From the NCBI GenBank assembly GCA_963977015.1, contig CAXBMO010000001.1, positions 256,001 through 320,000 of the forward strand: a stretch of DNA of 64,000 nt, in the 5' to 3' direction. This document shows, piece after piece, positions 1 through 9,603 of the stretch. The notes beneath the pieces are model-generated. The model was not told the origin of the DNA and made no database searches. It worked only from the letters and a program-made list of their open reading frames with translations. The stretch is from an uncultured bacterium. Lineage in GTDB: Bacteria > Verrucomicrobiota > Verrucomicrobiia > Verrucomicrobiales > DEV007. The position numbers were made by a program, and so were the translations under genes. Every line of letters begins with the position of its first letter. Position 1 is the first letter of the stretch.

Positions 1-404
1 GTCGGGTCGTGTGCTTTCCAGAACACGTCCAGAAGGCCCTCATAACTGATCTTTTTGGGGTCGTAGTGGATCTGGATCACTTCCGCGTGTCCCGTCTTCG
101 CGGTGCAGACCGCCTTGTAGTTTGCGTCCTCGGCAGTTCCGCCCATGTAGCCGGAAACGACCGAATAAACGCCATCAATTTGGTGGAACACTTCCTCGGT
201 GCACCAGAAACATCCTCCCCCGACGGTCGCTACTTCGGCGGTTTCCGGAATGTTCGACTCATCAGGAACCGGCAGCGGAGCAAACTTCGGCTCTTTCATC
301 TTTTCGGCTTCTGCAAACGGATCCGGATCGGCGCTCTCGGCTGTGCAACCGAAGATCAACAGGGAACCGAAAAGAAGGGCGATAGCGGAAAATGGGATTT
401 TCAT
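1..404 (-). CDS. msrA: Peptide-methionine (S)-S-oxide reductase MsrA, lipoprotein (3' end beyond window)
   Basis: Hand translation of minus strand from ATG at 404: MKIPFSAIALLFGSLLIFGC...ATVGGGCFWCTEEVF...VVSGYMGG...YKAVCTAKTGHAEVIQIHYDP...FWKAHDP. Contains GCFWC, GYxGG, GHAE and HDP MsrA motifs. Not in ORF track because it runs off the edge. Confidence 0.95.
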   Translation of the reverse strand, partial: MKIPFSAIALLFGSLLIFGCTAESADPDPFAEAEKMKEPKFAPLPVPDESNIPETAEVATVGGGCFWCTEEVFHQIDGVYSVVSGYMGGTAEDANYKAVCTAKTGHAEVIQIHYDPKKISYEGLLDVFWKAHDP

Positions 405-528
405 ACAGTTTGGTGGGATTGGGCTTTGGACACCTTACGCTGCGATTTGATCGAAATGAATTTTTAGAATTCCTTGCAAGCCAGATAGACGTAGTTGACC
501 GCAACTTCAAGAAAACGCCCTTTGATTC

Positions 529-1731
529 ATGCGAATCCACCTCTTTTGCTTCTCCATCGCTCTCCTGGCACTCGGCAATGCTCAAGACTGGACCGGATTT
601 CGTGGTGACGGAACCAGCCGGTTCACCAAGCCGACCAATCTTCCCGTTGAATGGAGCGATACCAGGAACTTGGCGTGGTCGCAGGATTTGCCGGGATATG
701 GGCAATCGAGCCCGGTGATTTGGGGCGATCAGGTCTTTGTCACGTCGGCTGATGGGAAGGAGAAAGAGCGTCTGATAATCGCATCTTTCGATCTCGAAAC
801 CGGCAATCCGCTCTGGCAGGGAACCTTTCCGGCCAGCGTCAAGATCGGCGCAACGGACATGGTCAGTCGAGGGGCACCAACTCCGGTCGTCGATGAGAAT
901 TGCGTTTACGCGTTTTTCGAAAGTGGTGATCTCATCGCGCTCAATCATGAAGGTGAGCGACTCTGGCAACGGAGTTTGACCTCTGAATACGGCGAGTATG
1001 AAGGCGGGCACGGTTTGGGGAGTTCGTTGGCGGCGACCAATGAAACGCTCATCGTTCTCGCAGATCATCAGGGAGCTTCCTATCTGCTGTCGATCGACAA
1101 AAAGACCGGCGAGAACGTTTGGAAAGTGGATCGTGAATCGCGCATTTCTTGGACGAGTCCCGTTGTGATTGGCGATTGGATCTGGATTACCTCCAACGGC
1201 ATCGTGGAAACCCGCAAGACGTCCGATGGTTCCCAGGTTTGGGCCGTGGAGGGAATGGAAGGGAACACGGTTGCTTCGGCCAGCGTTTCGCCGGATCAAC
1301 AACTGGTCGTCATCGGTTGTTCGGCTCCGGGGCAAAGTCAGGCGATCAGCCGCGATGGCGCGGAGTTGTGGCGCGCCGAGAAAGTCACCAGCAGTTTTGG
1401 TTCGCCCCTGGTTTACGACGGATGCGCCTATTTTGTGAGCCGCGCCGGTGCGTTGCGATGCAACGATCTCGCCGATGGCAGTCTGCTTTGGGAGACTCGC
1501 TTGAGCGAAAGCTGTTGGGCTTCGCCAGTTTCAGCCGGAGGACTGCTGTATTTCTTCTGCAAAGATGGAACGACGTTCGTCCTCAAGCCGAATCGTGAGG
1601 AACCCGAGATCCTCGCTCAAAACAAGGTGTCGGATCTTACCGGCGACCGCATTTATGGGGTTGCATTGACGTCATCCCGGTTCATTGCCCGAACCGGCAG
1701 CAAACTGGTTTGCATCGCGATTGTCGAATGA
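529..1731 (+). CDS. PQQ-binding-like beta-propeller protein (BamB-like, PVC-expanded family)
   Basis: Signal peptide, DWTGFRG start motif, repeated SSPVI/SSL/TSPVV/GSPLV/ASPVS blades each followed by W... Confidence 0.85.
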   Translation: MRIHLFCFSIALLALGNAQDWTGFRGDGTSRFTKPTNLPVEWSDTRNLAWSQDLPGYGQSSPVIWGDQVFVTSADGKEKERLIIASFDLETGNPLWQGTFPASVKIGATDMVSRGAPTPVVDENCVYAFFESGDLIALNHEGERLWQRSLTSEYGEYEGGHGLGSSLAATNETLIVLADHQGASYLLSIDKKTGENVWKVDRESRISWTSPVVIGDWIWITSNGIVETRKTSDGSQVWAVEGMEGNTVASASVSPDQQLVVIGCSAPGQSQAISRDGAELWRAEKVTSSFGSPLVYDGCAYFVSRAGALRCNDLADGSLLWETRLSESCWASPVSAGGLLYFFCKDGTTFVLKPNREEPEILAQNKVSDLTGDRIYGVALTSSRFIARTGSKLVCIAIVE

Positions 1732-1823
1732 CGTTCGATTGCGATTTTGGCCGCATAAATTGCCAAGAATGAGGCAAAGCGCGGGATTTTACTTGCAGCG
1801 AAGTTCGCAAAAGGCAACAGAGG

Positions 1824-1838
1824 TGAGACTGAGTCTCA
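1824..1838. promoter_or_regulatory. Palindromic operator TGAGACT-G-AGTCTCA, candidate Fur-family iron box
   Basis: Perfect 7-1-7 inverted repeat 18 nt upstream of the imelysin ATG; near-identical copy at 4445-4461. Confidence 0.7.
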
Positions 1839-1856
1839 ATCGCATCCATCAGTTTC

Positions 1857-2990
1857 ATGATCCGGTTTACCTTTCCTTTTCTCTTTCTGGTCAGCGTCGC
1901 AACGTCGGCTCTGGCTGATCTCGATTCGCTCAAACGCGACGTCGTTTCCAACTACGCCAATTTGGTTCATGCCAACTATGCGGATGCGTTGGTCGAAGCG
2001 GTCAATCTGCAGGGTGCGTTGACGGCGTTTGCCAATGAACCGGACGAAGCGGGGCTCGCCAAGGCGAGGATGGCCTGGATTTCCGCTCGCCTTCCTTATC
2101 TTCAAACAGAGGTTTTTCGTTTCTACGCCGGACCGATTGACGATGACGACGGGCCGGAAGGATTGATCAATGCCTGGCCGCTGGACGAAGCCTATGTCGA
2201 CTATGTGGAAGGCAATCCCTCGGTCGGAATCGTCAATGACACCGCGAATTTTCCCGAGATCACCAAGGAGTTGCTGGTTTCCGTCAACGAGAAAGACGGC
2301 GAGGAGAACATCAGCGCTGGTTTTCACGCGATCGAGTTTTTGCTCTGGGGACAAGACGAAAACGCGGATGGCCCGGGAAATCGCTCGGCGGACGATTACA
2401 TCACGGCTCCCAATGCAGACCGGCGCAAAGCCTACCTTTTGGCGGCCGGCGAACTTTTGGTGGAGAATCTGGAGCACCTCGTTGCCGAATGGGCTCCCGG
2501 TCAGGATAACTATCGCAAATCCTTCGAAGCCGCGCCGTCATCCGAGTCCCTGAAGAAGATCATTACTGGAATGTCGATGCTGGCCGGTTTTGAATTGTCG
2601 GGCGAGCGACTTTTGGTGGCGATGGAAACCAGAGCACAGGAAGATGAACACTCCTGTTTCAGCGACACCACCCATTCAGATGTAATCTACAATGCGAAGG
2701 GCATCGCCAACGTCTGGGAAGGGGAATACGGGAACGTCAAGGGAGCGGGAATCGATGATCTGGCAAAAGCCGTTGATGCCGATCTTCGGAAGAAGCTACG
2801 CAAAACGATTCAGGAAGCTCTGAAGCTTTCCAAGCAAATTCCCGTTCCGTTCGACCAAGCCATTCTCGAGGAAAATGGACGCGCATCGATCCTGGCGGTC
2901 GTGGAGACTCTTGAGGATCAGGCTGATCTGTTGGTCGAACTCAGCCAGAAACTGGGATTTGAGGTTCCTACTTCTGAAACGGATTCATGA
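1857..2990 (+). CDS. Imelysin (peptidase M75)/IrpA-like iron-regulated protein
   Basis: Signal peptide; INAWPLDEAYVDYV, GFHAIEFLLWGQD (GxHxxE) and EDEHSCFSDTT motifs. Confidence 0.9.
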   Translation: MIRFTFPFLFLVSVATSALADLDSLKRDVVSNYANLVHANYADALVEAVNLQGALTAFANEPDEAGLAKARMAWISARLPYLQTEVFRFYAGPIDDDDGPEGLINAWPLDEAYVDYVEGNPSVGIVNDTANFPEITKELLVSVNEKDGEENISAGFHAIEFLLWGQDENADGPGNRSADDYITAPNADRRKAYLLAAGELLVENLEHLVAEWAPGQDNYRKSFEAAPSSESLKKIITGMSMLAGFELSGERLLVAMETRAQEDEHSCFSDTTHSDVIYNAKGIANVWEGEYGNVKGAGIDDLAKAVDADLRKKLRKTIQEALKLSKQIPVPFDQAILEENGRASILAVVETLEDQADLLVELSQKLGFEVPTSETDS

Positions 2991-4390
2991 TCGTGATTTT
3001 TCGATACCTAACCCTTTCAATCTCGATTCTGGGCTTGGTGCTTGGCATGGCTCACGCCGCACCAATTCCGGAAGCTCAGGTTGGCGAAGAACTGAGTGGC
3101 GGAGCAACGACGGTCTTCCAGAATGGGAAAAACGCCTTCGCGTTGCCGTTGGCGAACATTTCGCGGGAAAACCGGCGGGCTCACGTGGTCGGAAACTCGT
3201 TTTTCAACAAGAACTGGGTCATTGCTCCGGCCTCGACGACGGCGCGAGATGGGCTCGGTCCGCTTTTTCACGCACGATCGTGTTCCGGTTGCCATACCCG
3301 GGATGGCCGCGGTGCGCCGCCAGCTCAGGGCGAACTCATGACGGGGTTGTTGTTTCGACTCAGCGTTCCGGGCCGAAGCCCTCATGGCGGCCCTCTTCCA
3401 GATCCGACTTACGGCGGCCAACTCGGGGTGCGGGCCGTTCCCGGAGTCGAACCCGAGGGCAATGTTCGGATCGAATACGAAGAAATTCCCGGAACCTATC
3501 CGGATTCAGAAACCTATTCTCTGCGAAAGCCAATTTACACGTTGGAGTGCTCCAAAAAATACGGAGCTCCACAAAACGATCTCCTCATGAGCCCCCGGGT
3601 CGCTCCACCTGTTCATGGTCTGGGACTGCTCGAAGCCGTTCCCGAAGCGACGATCCGCGGGTTTGCTGACGAGGATGACCAGGACGGCGATGGAATCTCC
3701 GGAAGGCCCAATGAAGTCTGGAATCCTGAGACCCAAACCCGCCAACTTGGCCGTTTTGGCTGGAAGGCGAATCAGCCTGACATTCGCCAACAGACGGCGG
3801 CCGCGTTTCTCGGAGATATCGGGATTACGAGCAACATTCATCCCAATGACGATTTCACTCCGGCACAGCATGCCCTGTTTGCGCAACCCGGATCGGGAGA
3901 CACCCCGGAATTGGACGACAACTTGTTGGCGCGCGTCGTGACCTATCAACTGACATTGGCGCCACCGGCCCGCAGAAATTGGACCGATCCCGAGGTGCTT
4001 CGTGGCAAGCTGCTTTTTGAGGAAGCACAATGCGCAGTTTGTCACGTGCCGGAAATGAAGACTGGCGATTACGAGGCGGTTCCAGAACTCGCGAATCAGA
4101 CGATCCGCCCCTACACCGACCTGTTGCTCCATGACATGGGCGAAGAATTGGCCGATCACCGTCCCGATTTTGAAGCCGATGGCCGGGAATGGCGGACGCC
4201 GCCACTGTGGGGAATCGGGCTGATCGAAACCGTCAACGGCCATACCTTTTTCCTTCATGATGGCCGCGCTCGAAACCTGGAAGAAGCCATTTTGTGGCAT
4301 GGCGGAGAGGCTGAAGTTTCCCGCGATCACTTTAAGAACCTGAATTCTTCGGATCGAGCCGCACTTCTCGCCTTTCTCAATTCGCTCTGA
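2987..4390 (+). CDS. Di-heme oxidoreductase family (DHOR) c-type cytochrome
   Basis: Two CxxCH motifs (CSGCH, CAVCH); DGLGPLF, GRFGWKA, PYTDLLLHDMG, WRTPPLWGIG, LHDGRAR; ATGA overlap with imelysin gene. Confidence 0.92.
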   Translation: MIVIFRYLTLSISILGLVLGMAHAAPIPEAQVGEELSGGATTVFQNGKNAFALPLANISRENRRAHVVGNSFFNKNWVIAPASTTARDGLGPLFHARSCSGCHTRDGRGAPPAQGELMTGLLFRLSVPGRSPHGGPLPDPTYGGQLGVRAVPGVEPEGNVRIEYEEIPGTYPDSETYSLRKPIYTLECSKKYGAPQNDLLMSPRVAPPVHGLGLLEAVPEATIRGFADEDDQDGDGISGRPNEVWNPETQTRQLGRFGWKANQPDIRQQTAAAFLGDIGITSNIHPNDDFTPAQHALFAQPGSGDTPELDDNLLARVVTYQLTLAPPARRNWTDPEVLRGKLLFEEAQCAVCHVPEMKTGDYEAVPELANQTIRPYTDLLLHDMGEELADHRPDFEADGREWRTPPLWGIGLIETVNGHTFFLHDGRARNLEEAILWHGGEAEVSRDHFKNLNSSDRAALLAFLNSL

Positions 4391-4444
4391 GTTGCCAATT
4401 CCCAAAAAACAAACGAAAACCAACTTGAAACTGAACGGATTCTT

Positions 4445-4461
4445 TTGAGAATGAGTCTCAA
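4445..4461. promoter_or_regulatory. Second copy of palindromic operator TTGAGAAT-G-AGTCTCAA
   Basis: 8-1-8 inverted repeat with one mismatch, 17 nt upstream of the Fe3+-binding protein ATG; matches the 1824-1838 site. Confidence 0.7.
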
Positions 4462-4478
4462 TTTCACCCAAACCTCTT

Positions 4479-5489
4479 ATGAATCGAAATTTCCTCTATC
4501 TCCTCACGACCGCTTTGTTTGCAGGCTCTCTGCAAGCGGAAGAAATTACGCTCTTCAGTCATCGTCACTACGAAGCTGATGATGCGCTCTATGAAAAGTT
4601 TACGAAGGAAACCGGGATCAAGGTCAATGTCGTCAAAGCCAGTGCTGACGAATTGATCGAGCGCCTGAAAGCCGAAGGCGAAACGACCAAAGGCGATGTT
4701 TTTATGACGGCTGATGCTGGACGTCTTGTCCGCGCAAAAGCGCAGGGCGTGCTCCAACCGGTCGAGTCAGCTGTGCTGAGCGAGCGAATTCCGGCAAATC
4801 TGCGCGATCCGGAAAATATGTGGTTTGGCCTTACGCAGCGGGCGCGAATCGTGATGTATGCGAAAGACCGCGTAAAGCCGGAAGAACTTTCGACTTATGA
4901 GGACTTGGCAGACAAGAAGTGGCGGGGCCGTATTTTGGTTCGCTCTTCCTCAAATATCTACAACCAGTCACTGCTTGCCTCGATCATTGCGGAACACGGA
5001 GCAGAAAAAGCAGCGGAATGGGCCAAGGGCGTTCGCGGGAACATGGCTCGTCCTCCACAGGGCAGCGACCGCGACCAAATGCGTGCCGTTCATGCCGGGC
5101 TCGGTGATTTGGCGATTGTGAATACCTACTATGTAGGATTGCTCGTTAACTCGACGGAAAAGAAGGATCAGGAAGTTGGAAAGTCGTTGGGGTTTTTCTT
5201 TCCAAACCAGGATGGACGCGGTGCTCATGTGAATGTGAGTGGCGCTGGAATCATCAAGCATTCCAAAAACAAAGACGCGGCCATCAAGTTTCTCGAGTTT
5301 CTAGCTTCGGATGAAGCTCAGGCCACCTTCCCAAAAGAGACCTACGAGTATCCCGTTGTTCCCAGTGTGGAATGGTCTCCTCTTCAGAAAAGCTGGGGCG
5401 AGTTCAAGGCGGATTCACTGAACCTGGCGAAACTTGGAGAGCTGAACGAGAAAGCGGTCGAAGTCTTCAACGAGGTGGGCTGGGAATAA
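4479..5489 (+). CDS. Fe(3+) ABC transporter substrate-binding protein (FutA/FbpA type)
   Basis: Signal peptide; SHRHY, RSSSNIYNQSL, NTYY iron-ligand tyrosines, HVNVSGAG, YEYP. Confidence 0.93.
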   Translation: MNRNFLYLLTTALFAGSLQAEEITLFSHRHYEADDALYEKFTKETGIKVNVVKASADELIERLKAEGETTKGDVFMTADAGRLVRAKAQGVLQPVESAVLSERIPANLRDPENMWFGLTQRARIVMYAKDRVKPEELSTYEDLADKKWRGRILVRSSSNIYNQSLLASIIAEHGAEKAAEWAKGVRGNMARPPQGSDRDQMRAVHAGLGDLAIVNTYYVGLLVNSTEKKDQEVGKSLGFFFPNQDGRGAHVNVSGAGIIKHSKNKDAAIKFLEFLASDEAQATFPKETYEYPVVPSVEWSPLQKSWGEFKADSLNLAKLGELNEKAVEVFNEVGWE

Positions 5490-5492
5490 GAC

Positions 5493-7106
5493 TTGATTGC
5501 GGCGGTTCAGAAGCACTTTCGACGTGAGGTGGACCTATGGTCCGCCTCCACGTTTGTACTGGCGCTTCTGATTTTAACCCCGCTGATCGTCGTGGTGGTA
5601 GGCTTGAGCGATGCCGGCCCGAAGTGGGATCACATCGCATCAACGGTGCTGTGGAAGTATGTTTGGAATACGGTTCTCGTGGTTCCTCTTGTGGGTGTCC
5701 TGGCCATTTTGATGGCGGTTCCTCCAGCTTGGCTGGTTAGCGCCTTCGAGTTCCCCGGGCGTCGAATCTTTGAGTGGGCCTTGGTGTTGCCGTTGGCAAT
5801 TCCTACTTATGTCGCTGCGTTTGTCTACTATCCAGGATTGGAGGCTGCCATCCCGTTCATTGTCAGTGTGCGCCAGAATTTTGGGTTCGATGCGAGTCAG
5901 GTCGCTGAGAAAATTGTGCGCTATGGCCTCCTGTCCATCCTCCTCGCTTCGGTTCTCTATCCTTATCTTTTCATCAGCGCACGATCCTCCTTTTCGCAGC
6001 AGAGGAGGGGAGTGATTGAAGCCGCGCAAACCTTGGGACGGGGACCAATCTCGGTGTTCTTCTCAGTGGCGTTGCCCTTGGCAAGACCGGCGCTGGTTGC
6101 GGGACTCAGCCTGATTGTCATGGAGGTGGTGAACGACTATGGAGCAGTTCACTTTTTTGGAGTTCCAACTCTCACCGAAGGCATTTTTCGGACGTGGTTT
6201 GGGCTGGGAGACCGATCTTCGGCCCTGCGCATTGCCGGGCTGGTCATGCTGGCGGTTCTCTGCCTGCTTTGGGCCGAACAGAGGCAACGTGGTCGAGCGC
6301 GTTTTTCCGAGCATTCCGTGAACTCGACCCCGTTGGCTCGGCGAAAGCTCGGAACCAGCAAGGCAGTTTTGGCAATCGTGGTTTGCGTGGTTCCGCTGGG
6401 GATTGGATTTCTCTATCCAGTCTTCAGATTGTTGGGGTGGGCTTCACAGACATTCGGAAAGGTCCTCCAAGCCGATTTCTGGCAACAACTGGGCAATAGT
6501 TTGCTTCTCTCGTTGGGAACCGCCGCAGGTCTCACGGCGATCGCAGTCATCTTTGCATTCGCGACTCGTCTTCATCATGCAGGGTGGCTTCGTGTGACGA
6601 GTCGAATGGCGACGCTCGGTTATGCTGCTCCGGGAGCGGTCGTCGCGGTCGGTGTCATGGTTGCCTTGGGAGGTGTTGATCGAAGCCTTGGCCAGCAGGT
6701 TCTCAGCGGAACCTATTTCGCGATCATTTTTGCCTACACGGTTCGCTTTCTCGCCGTTCCGTTTCATCCGGTCCGCGCGGGGATGAATCGCGTTTGTGGT
6801 TCACTGGATGAGGCGTCGCGGGTGCTTGGCCAAAGCCCGTTGCTGACGCTGTGGAAGATTAATCTGCCGTTGATGTGGACCACGCTTCTCGCCGCTACGA
6901 TGCTCGTATTCGTAGATATCTTGAAAGAACTTCCCCTTACCATGATCCTGCGTCCTGCGAACTTCGAGACATTGGCGACGACTGCGTTCGGGCTCGCGAG
7001 CGAAGGGCGATTCCGGGAATGCTCGGTTCCTTCATTGATTATTATCCTCGCTGGCGCGCTCGGCCTCATGGTGCTGAACCGCCTGACTAAACGAAAAACT
7101 GGATGA
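5493..7106 (+). CDS. Fe(3+) ABC transporter permease (FutB/FbpB type)
   Basis: Two-repeat multi-TM permease; LPLAIPTYV, EAAQTLG and DEASRVLG EAA loops, KELPLTMILRP. Confidence 0.92.
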   Translation: MIAAVQKHFRREVDLWSASTFVLALLILTPLIVVVVGLSDAGPKWDHIASTVLWKYVWNTVLVVPLVGVLAILMAVPPAWLVSAFEFPGRRIFEWALVLPLAIPTYVAAFVYYPGLEAAIPFIVSVRQNFGFDASQVAEKIVRYGLLSILLASVLYPYLFISARSSFSQQRRGVIEAAQTLGRGPISVFFSVALPLARPALVAGLSLIVMEVVNDYGAVHFFGVPTLTEGIFRTWFGLGDRSSALRIAGLVMLAVLCLLWAEQRQRGRARFSEHSVNSTPLARRKLGTSKAVLAIVVCVVPLGIGFLYPVFRLLGWASQTFGKVLQADFWQQLGNSLLLSLGTAAGLTAIAVIFAFATRLHHAGWLRVTSRMATLGYAAPGAVVAVGVMVALGGVDRSLGQQVLSGTYFAIIFAYTVRFLAVPFHPVRAGMNRVCGSLDEASRVLGQSPLLTLWKINLPLMWTTLLAATMLVFVDILKELPLTMILRPANFETLATTAFGLASEGRFRECSVPSLIIILAGALGLMVLNRLTKRKTG

Positions 7107-8056
7107 GCTCGACTCTCGAATACAGTCACGTTTCCAAGACCTACCCGAACGGCGAATTGCCGGCCGTGAAAGACGTTAGTCTGCGCGTCAAGAAGGGGCA
7201 GATTCTGACCTTGGTAGGGGAGAGTGGGAGCGGAAAAACGACATTGCTAAGAATCGCAGCGGGATTGGAGACGCCGGATTCCGGAGAAGTCAGAATCGGC
7301 GACGAAACCGTCGCCAGTGAGTCGCTCTGGGTGCCACCGGAAAAAAGGGGCGTGGGATTGGTGTTTCAGGATGGGGCTTTGTTTCCTCACCTGACCGTAT
7401 CTCAGAACATTTGTTATGGCCTGAAGGGACGGGACAAGGAGAAGCAGCTGAAAACGGTAGATTTCATGCTGGCGATGGTCGGGCTCAGTGGTTTCAACCA
7501 GCGTTTTCCTCACGAGCTTTCCGGCGGCGAGCGACAGCGATTGGCGGTCGCGCGAGCGTTGGCGCCCCAACCCAAGGTCGTTTTGCTGGACGAGCCGTTC
7601 AGCAATCTGGACCCGTCGTTGCGCCGTTCCATGCGTGACGAGATTCGCCGGATTCTCAACAAAGTTGGAGCAACCGCGATTTTGGTGACTCATGACACCG
7701 ATGATGCGTTGGCCATCGGTGACCGAATCGCGATTTTTCGAAAAGGAGAGATCGAACAAATCGGTACGCCCGCTGAGATTTACGGGAAGCCCAAGAACGC
7801 GTATTGCGCAGAATTGTTCGGCCCGGCTAACCACGTTGTTTTGAATGGAGGAAAGCCCAAATGGATTCGTCCCGAAAACATGACCCTGCTAACGCAACAG
7901 GAACGCGGGTTGATTGAAGTCACTGTCGAGGAGGTAAGGGATGCGGGACGGCATTGCGAGGCGATTGTCCGCCCCCTCAAGAAATCCACTTCGGATCGAT
8001 GGACGGTTTATTGCGGGAAGGCAAAAATCGGGGACCGTGCCTGGATTAAACTCTGA
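7103..8056 (+). CDS. Fe(3+) ABC transporter ATP-binding subunit (FutC/FbpC type)
   Basis: Walker A GESGSGKTT, VFQDGALFPH, LSGGERQR, LLDEPFSNLD, VTHD. Confidence 0.93.
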   Translation: MSSTLEYSHVSKTYPNGELPAVKDVSLRVKKGQILTLVGESGSGKTTLLRIAAGLETPDSGEVRIGDETVASESLWVPPEKRGVGLVFQDGALFPHLTVSQNICYGLKGRDKEKQLKTVDFMLAMVGLSGFNQRFPHELSGGERQRLAVARALAPQPKVVLLDEPFSNLDPSLRRSMRDEIRRILNKVGATAILVTHDTDDALAIGDRIAIFRKGEIEQIGTPAEIYGKPKNAYCAELFGPANHVVLNGGKPKWIRPENMTLLTQQERGLIEVTVEEVRDAGRHCEAIVRPLKKSTSDRWTVYCGKAKIGDRAWIKL

Positions 8057-8278
8057 TTGCGCTGGTTCTGGCCACGTTGGTTGGGGAATGAAACGCTGAT
8101 TCCGCGATGTGTCGAATGGCTGGAAGTCCAAGTCGCAGTTCCGGCTCCAATGGGGCAACAAGTTCAGGCTGACTTGCGAATCGCTTCCCGCAAATCGTGA
8201 AGCCAACCAAAACTTCATGACGGTTCTGACATTAGAAATTAGTGGGAATTTTGGGAATTGGGTGTTTTGTGAGAATTG

Positions 8279-9103
8279 ATGTCACGCATCTATTTCGACT
8301 CTCACATGCACACTCCGCTGTGCAAACATGCCGTTGGTCACCCATCGGAATATGTCGCTGTTGGTTACGAAGCGGGACTGAAGGGGGTGATTTTCACCTG
8401 CCATAGTCCCATGCCCGACGGCTGGTCGGCGCCAGTTCGAATGGCCCCGTCCGAGTTTGACGAATACGTCGATCTCATTGGGGAAGCTCGCGATGCTGCC
8501 CCTGATGGATTCGAAGTCCGGTTGGGGTTGGAAAGCGACTATTTCCCGGGAATGGAATTTTGGCTGAAAGACCTTCATCAGAAGGCGGAGTTCCACTACA
8601 TTCTCGGCTCGGTTCATTGGCATGTTCCCGAATATCGCCAAGCCTTTTGGAAGGACGATATCGCCGCGTTCCAGCGTCAATATTTTGAGCATTTGGCGGA
8701 ATCAGCCGAATCCGGCCTTTTTGACAGTCTGGCGCACCCCGATTTGGTCAAAAACGCCGATCCGGAAGCGTGGGACCAAGCCCGTCCGACAGAACACATT
8801 GCCCGGGCCTTGGATCGCATTGCCGCGACCGGTGTGGCGATGGAATTGAACACGTCCGGGTTGCGCAAAATCTATTCGCAGATGAATCCGGGGCCTGAAA
8901 TGCTGGCGATGATGGCCGAACGCGGGATTCCCGTTGTCATTGGGTCCGATTCCCATGTCCCGGAACGCGTCACCGCGCATTTTGTTGATGCGCTCTCGCA
9001 CCTGGAAGACGCCGGTTATCGGGAAGTCCACGTTTTCGAGAATCGCAAGCCGCAGGCTCTTACGATTGAAGCGGTTCGCGAGAGTTTGGCGGTTCCGGTT
9101 TGA
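8279..9103 (+). CDS. Histidinol-phosphatase, HisJ/HisK PHP family
   Basis: DSHMHTPLCKHA, TCHSP, GLESDY, GSVH, AHPDLVK, ELNTSG, GSDSH motifs. ATG at 8279 preferred over TTG at 8276. Confidence 0.85.
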   Translation: MSRIYFDSHMHTPLCKHAVGHPSEYVAVGYEAGLKGVIFTCHSPMPDGWSAPVRMAPSEFDEYVDLIGEARDAAPDGFEVRLGLESDYFPGMEFWLKDLHQKAEFHYILGSVHWHVPEYRQAFWKDDIAAFQRQYFEHLAESAESGLFDSLAHPDLVKNADPEAWDQARPTEHIARALDRIAATGVAMELNTSGLRKIYSQMNPGPEMLAMMAERGIPVVIGSDSHVPERVTAHFVDALSHLEDAGYREVHVFENRKPQALTIEAVRESLAVPV

Positions 9104-9174
9104 TTCGCGTTTGAGGTCGAATTTGCGGGGAACAACGGCTTTGAGTTCATCGGGATTCGGCCTAGGCTCTCTTC

Positions 9175-9588
9175 GTGAACTCCCCAAACCACCACATCGT
9201 CCTGTTCGATAGCGATTGCCCCATGTGCACGTTCCAGATGCGCGGGCTAACGTGGCTGGATTGGTTCAACAAGGTTCGGTTTCTGGCGATCAAGGATCCT
9301 GAAGCGGCGAAGGTCGCTCCCAGTTTGACTCGTGAAGACCTGTTGGAGGCGATTCACTGCATTACCAAAGATGGCAAGATCCATCGGGGAGCCCGTGCCC
9401 TCCGGTTTTTGGGAATGAGGATGCCGATGCTCGTTCCGTTGGCGCTTTTTCTCTGGATCCCGGGCGTGATCTGGGTTGCCGAGCGCATCTACATGTGGAT
9501 CAGCCGAAATCGGCACCTTCTCAGCAAGGTCTTTGGTTGCAAGGATGCCTGTTCGATCATGCCGGAGCGGCAGCGCGAAGTCGAGTGA
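9175..9588 (+). CDS. DCC1-like thiol-disulfide oxidoreductase (DUF393)
   Basis: FDSDCPMC (DxxCxxC) and YMWISRNR motifs. Confidence 0.85.
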   Translation: MNSPNHHIVLFDSDCPMCTFQMRGLTWLDWFNKVRFLAIKDPEAAKVAPSLTREDLLEAIHCITKDGKIHRGARALRFLGMRMPMLVPLALFLWIPGVIWVAERIYMWISRNRHLLSKVFGCKDACSIMPERQREVE

Positions 9589-9603
9589 GCCGCGAACCCG
9601 GAT

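Noticed and set aside
9-467. Plus-strand ORFs 9..467, 122..385 and 199..450
   Set aside because: Antisense shadows of msrA, which has clear motifs on the minus strand.
8057-8275. 219-nt intergenic gap with a small hairpin and GGGAAG...AAGTCAG on the minus strand (cobalamin riboswitch-like); also ORF 7889..8218
   Set aside because: Other conserved riboswitch elements are missing and no gene follows on that strand. An Infernal/Rfam scan would settle it; an sRNA cannot be excluded.
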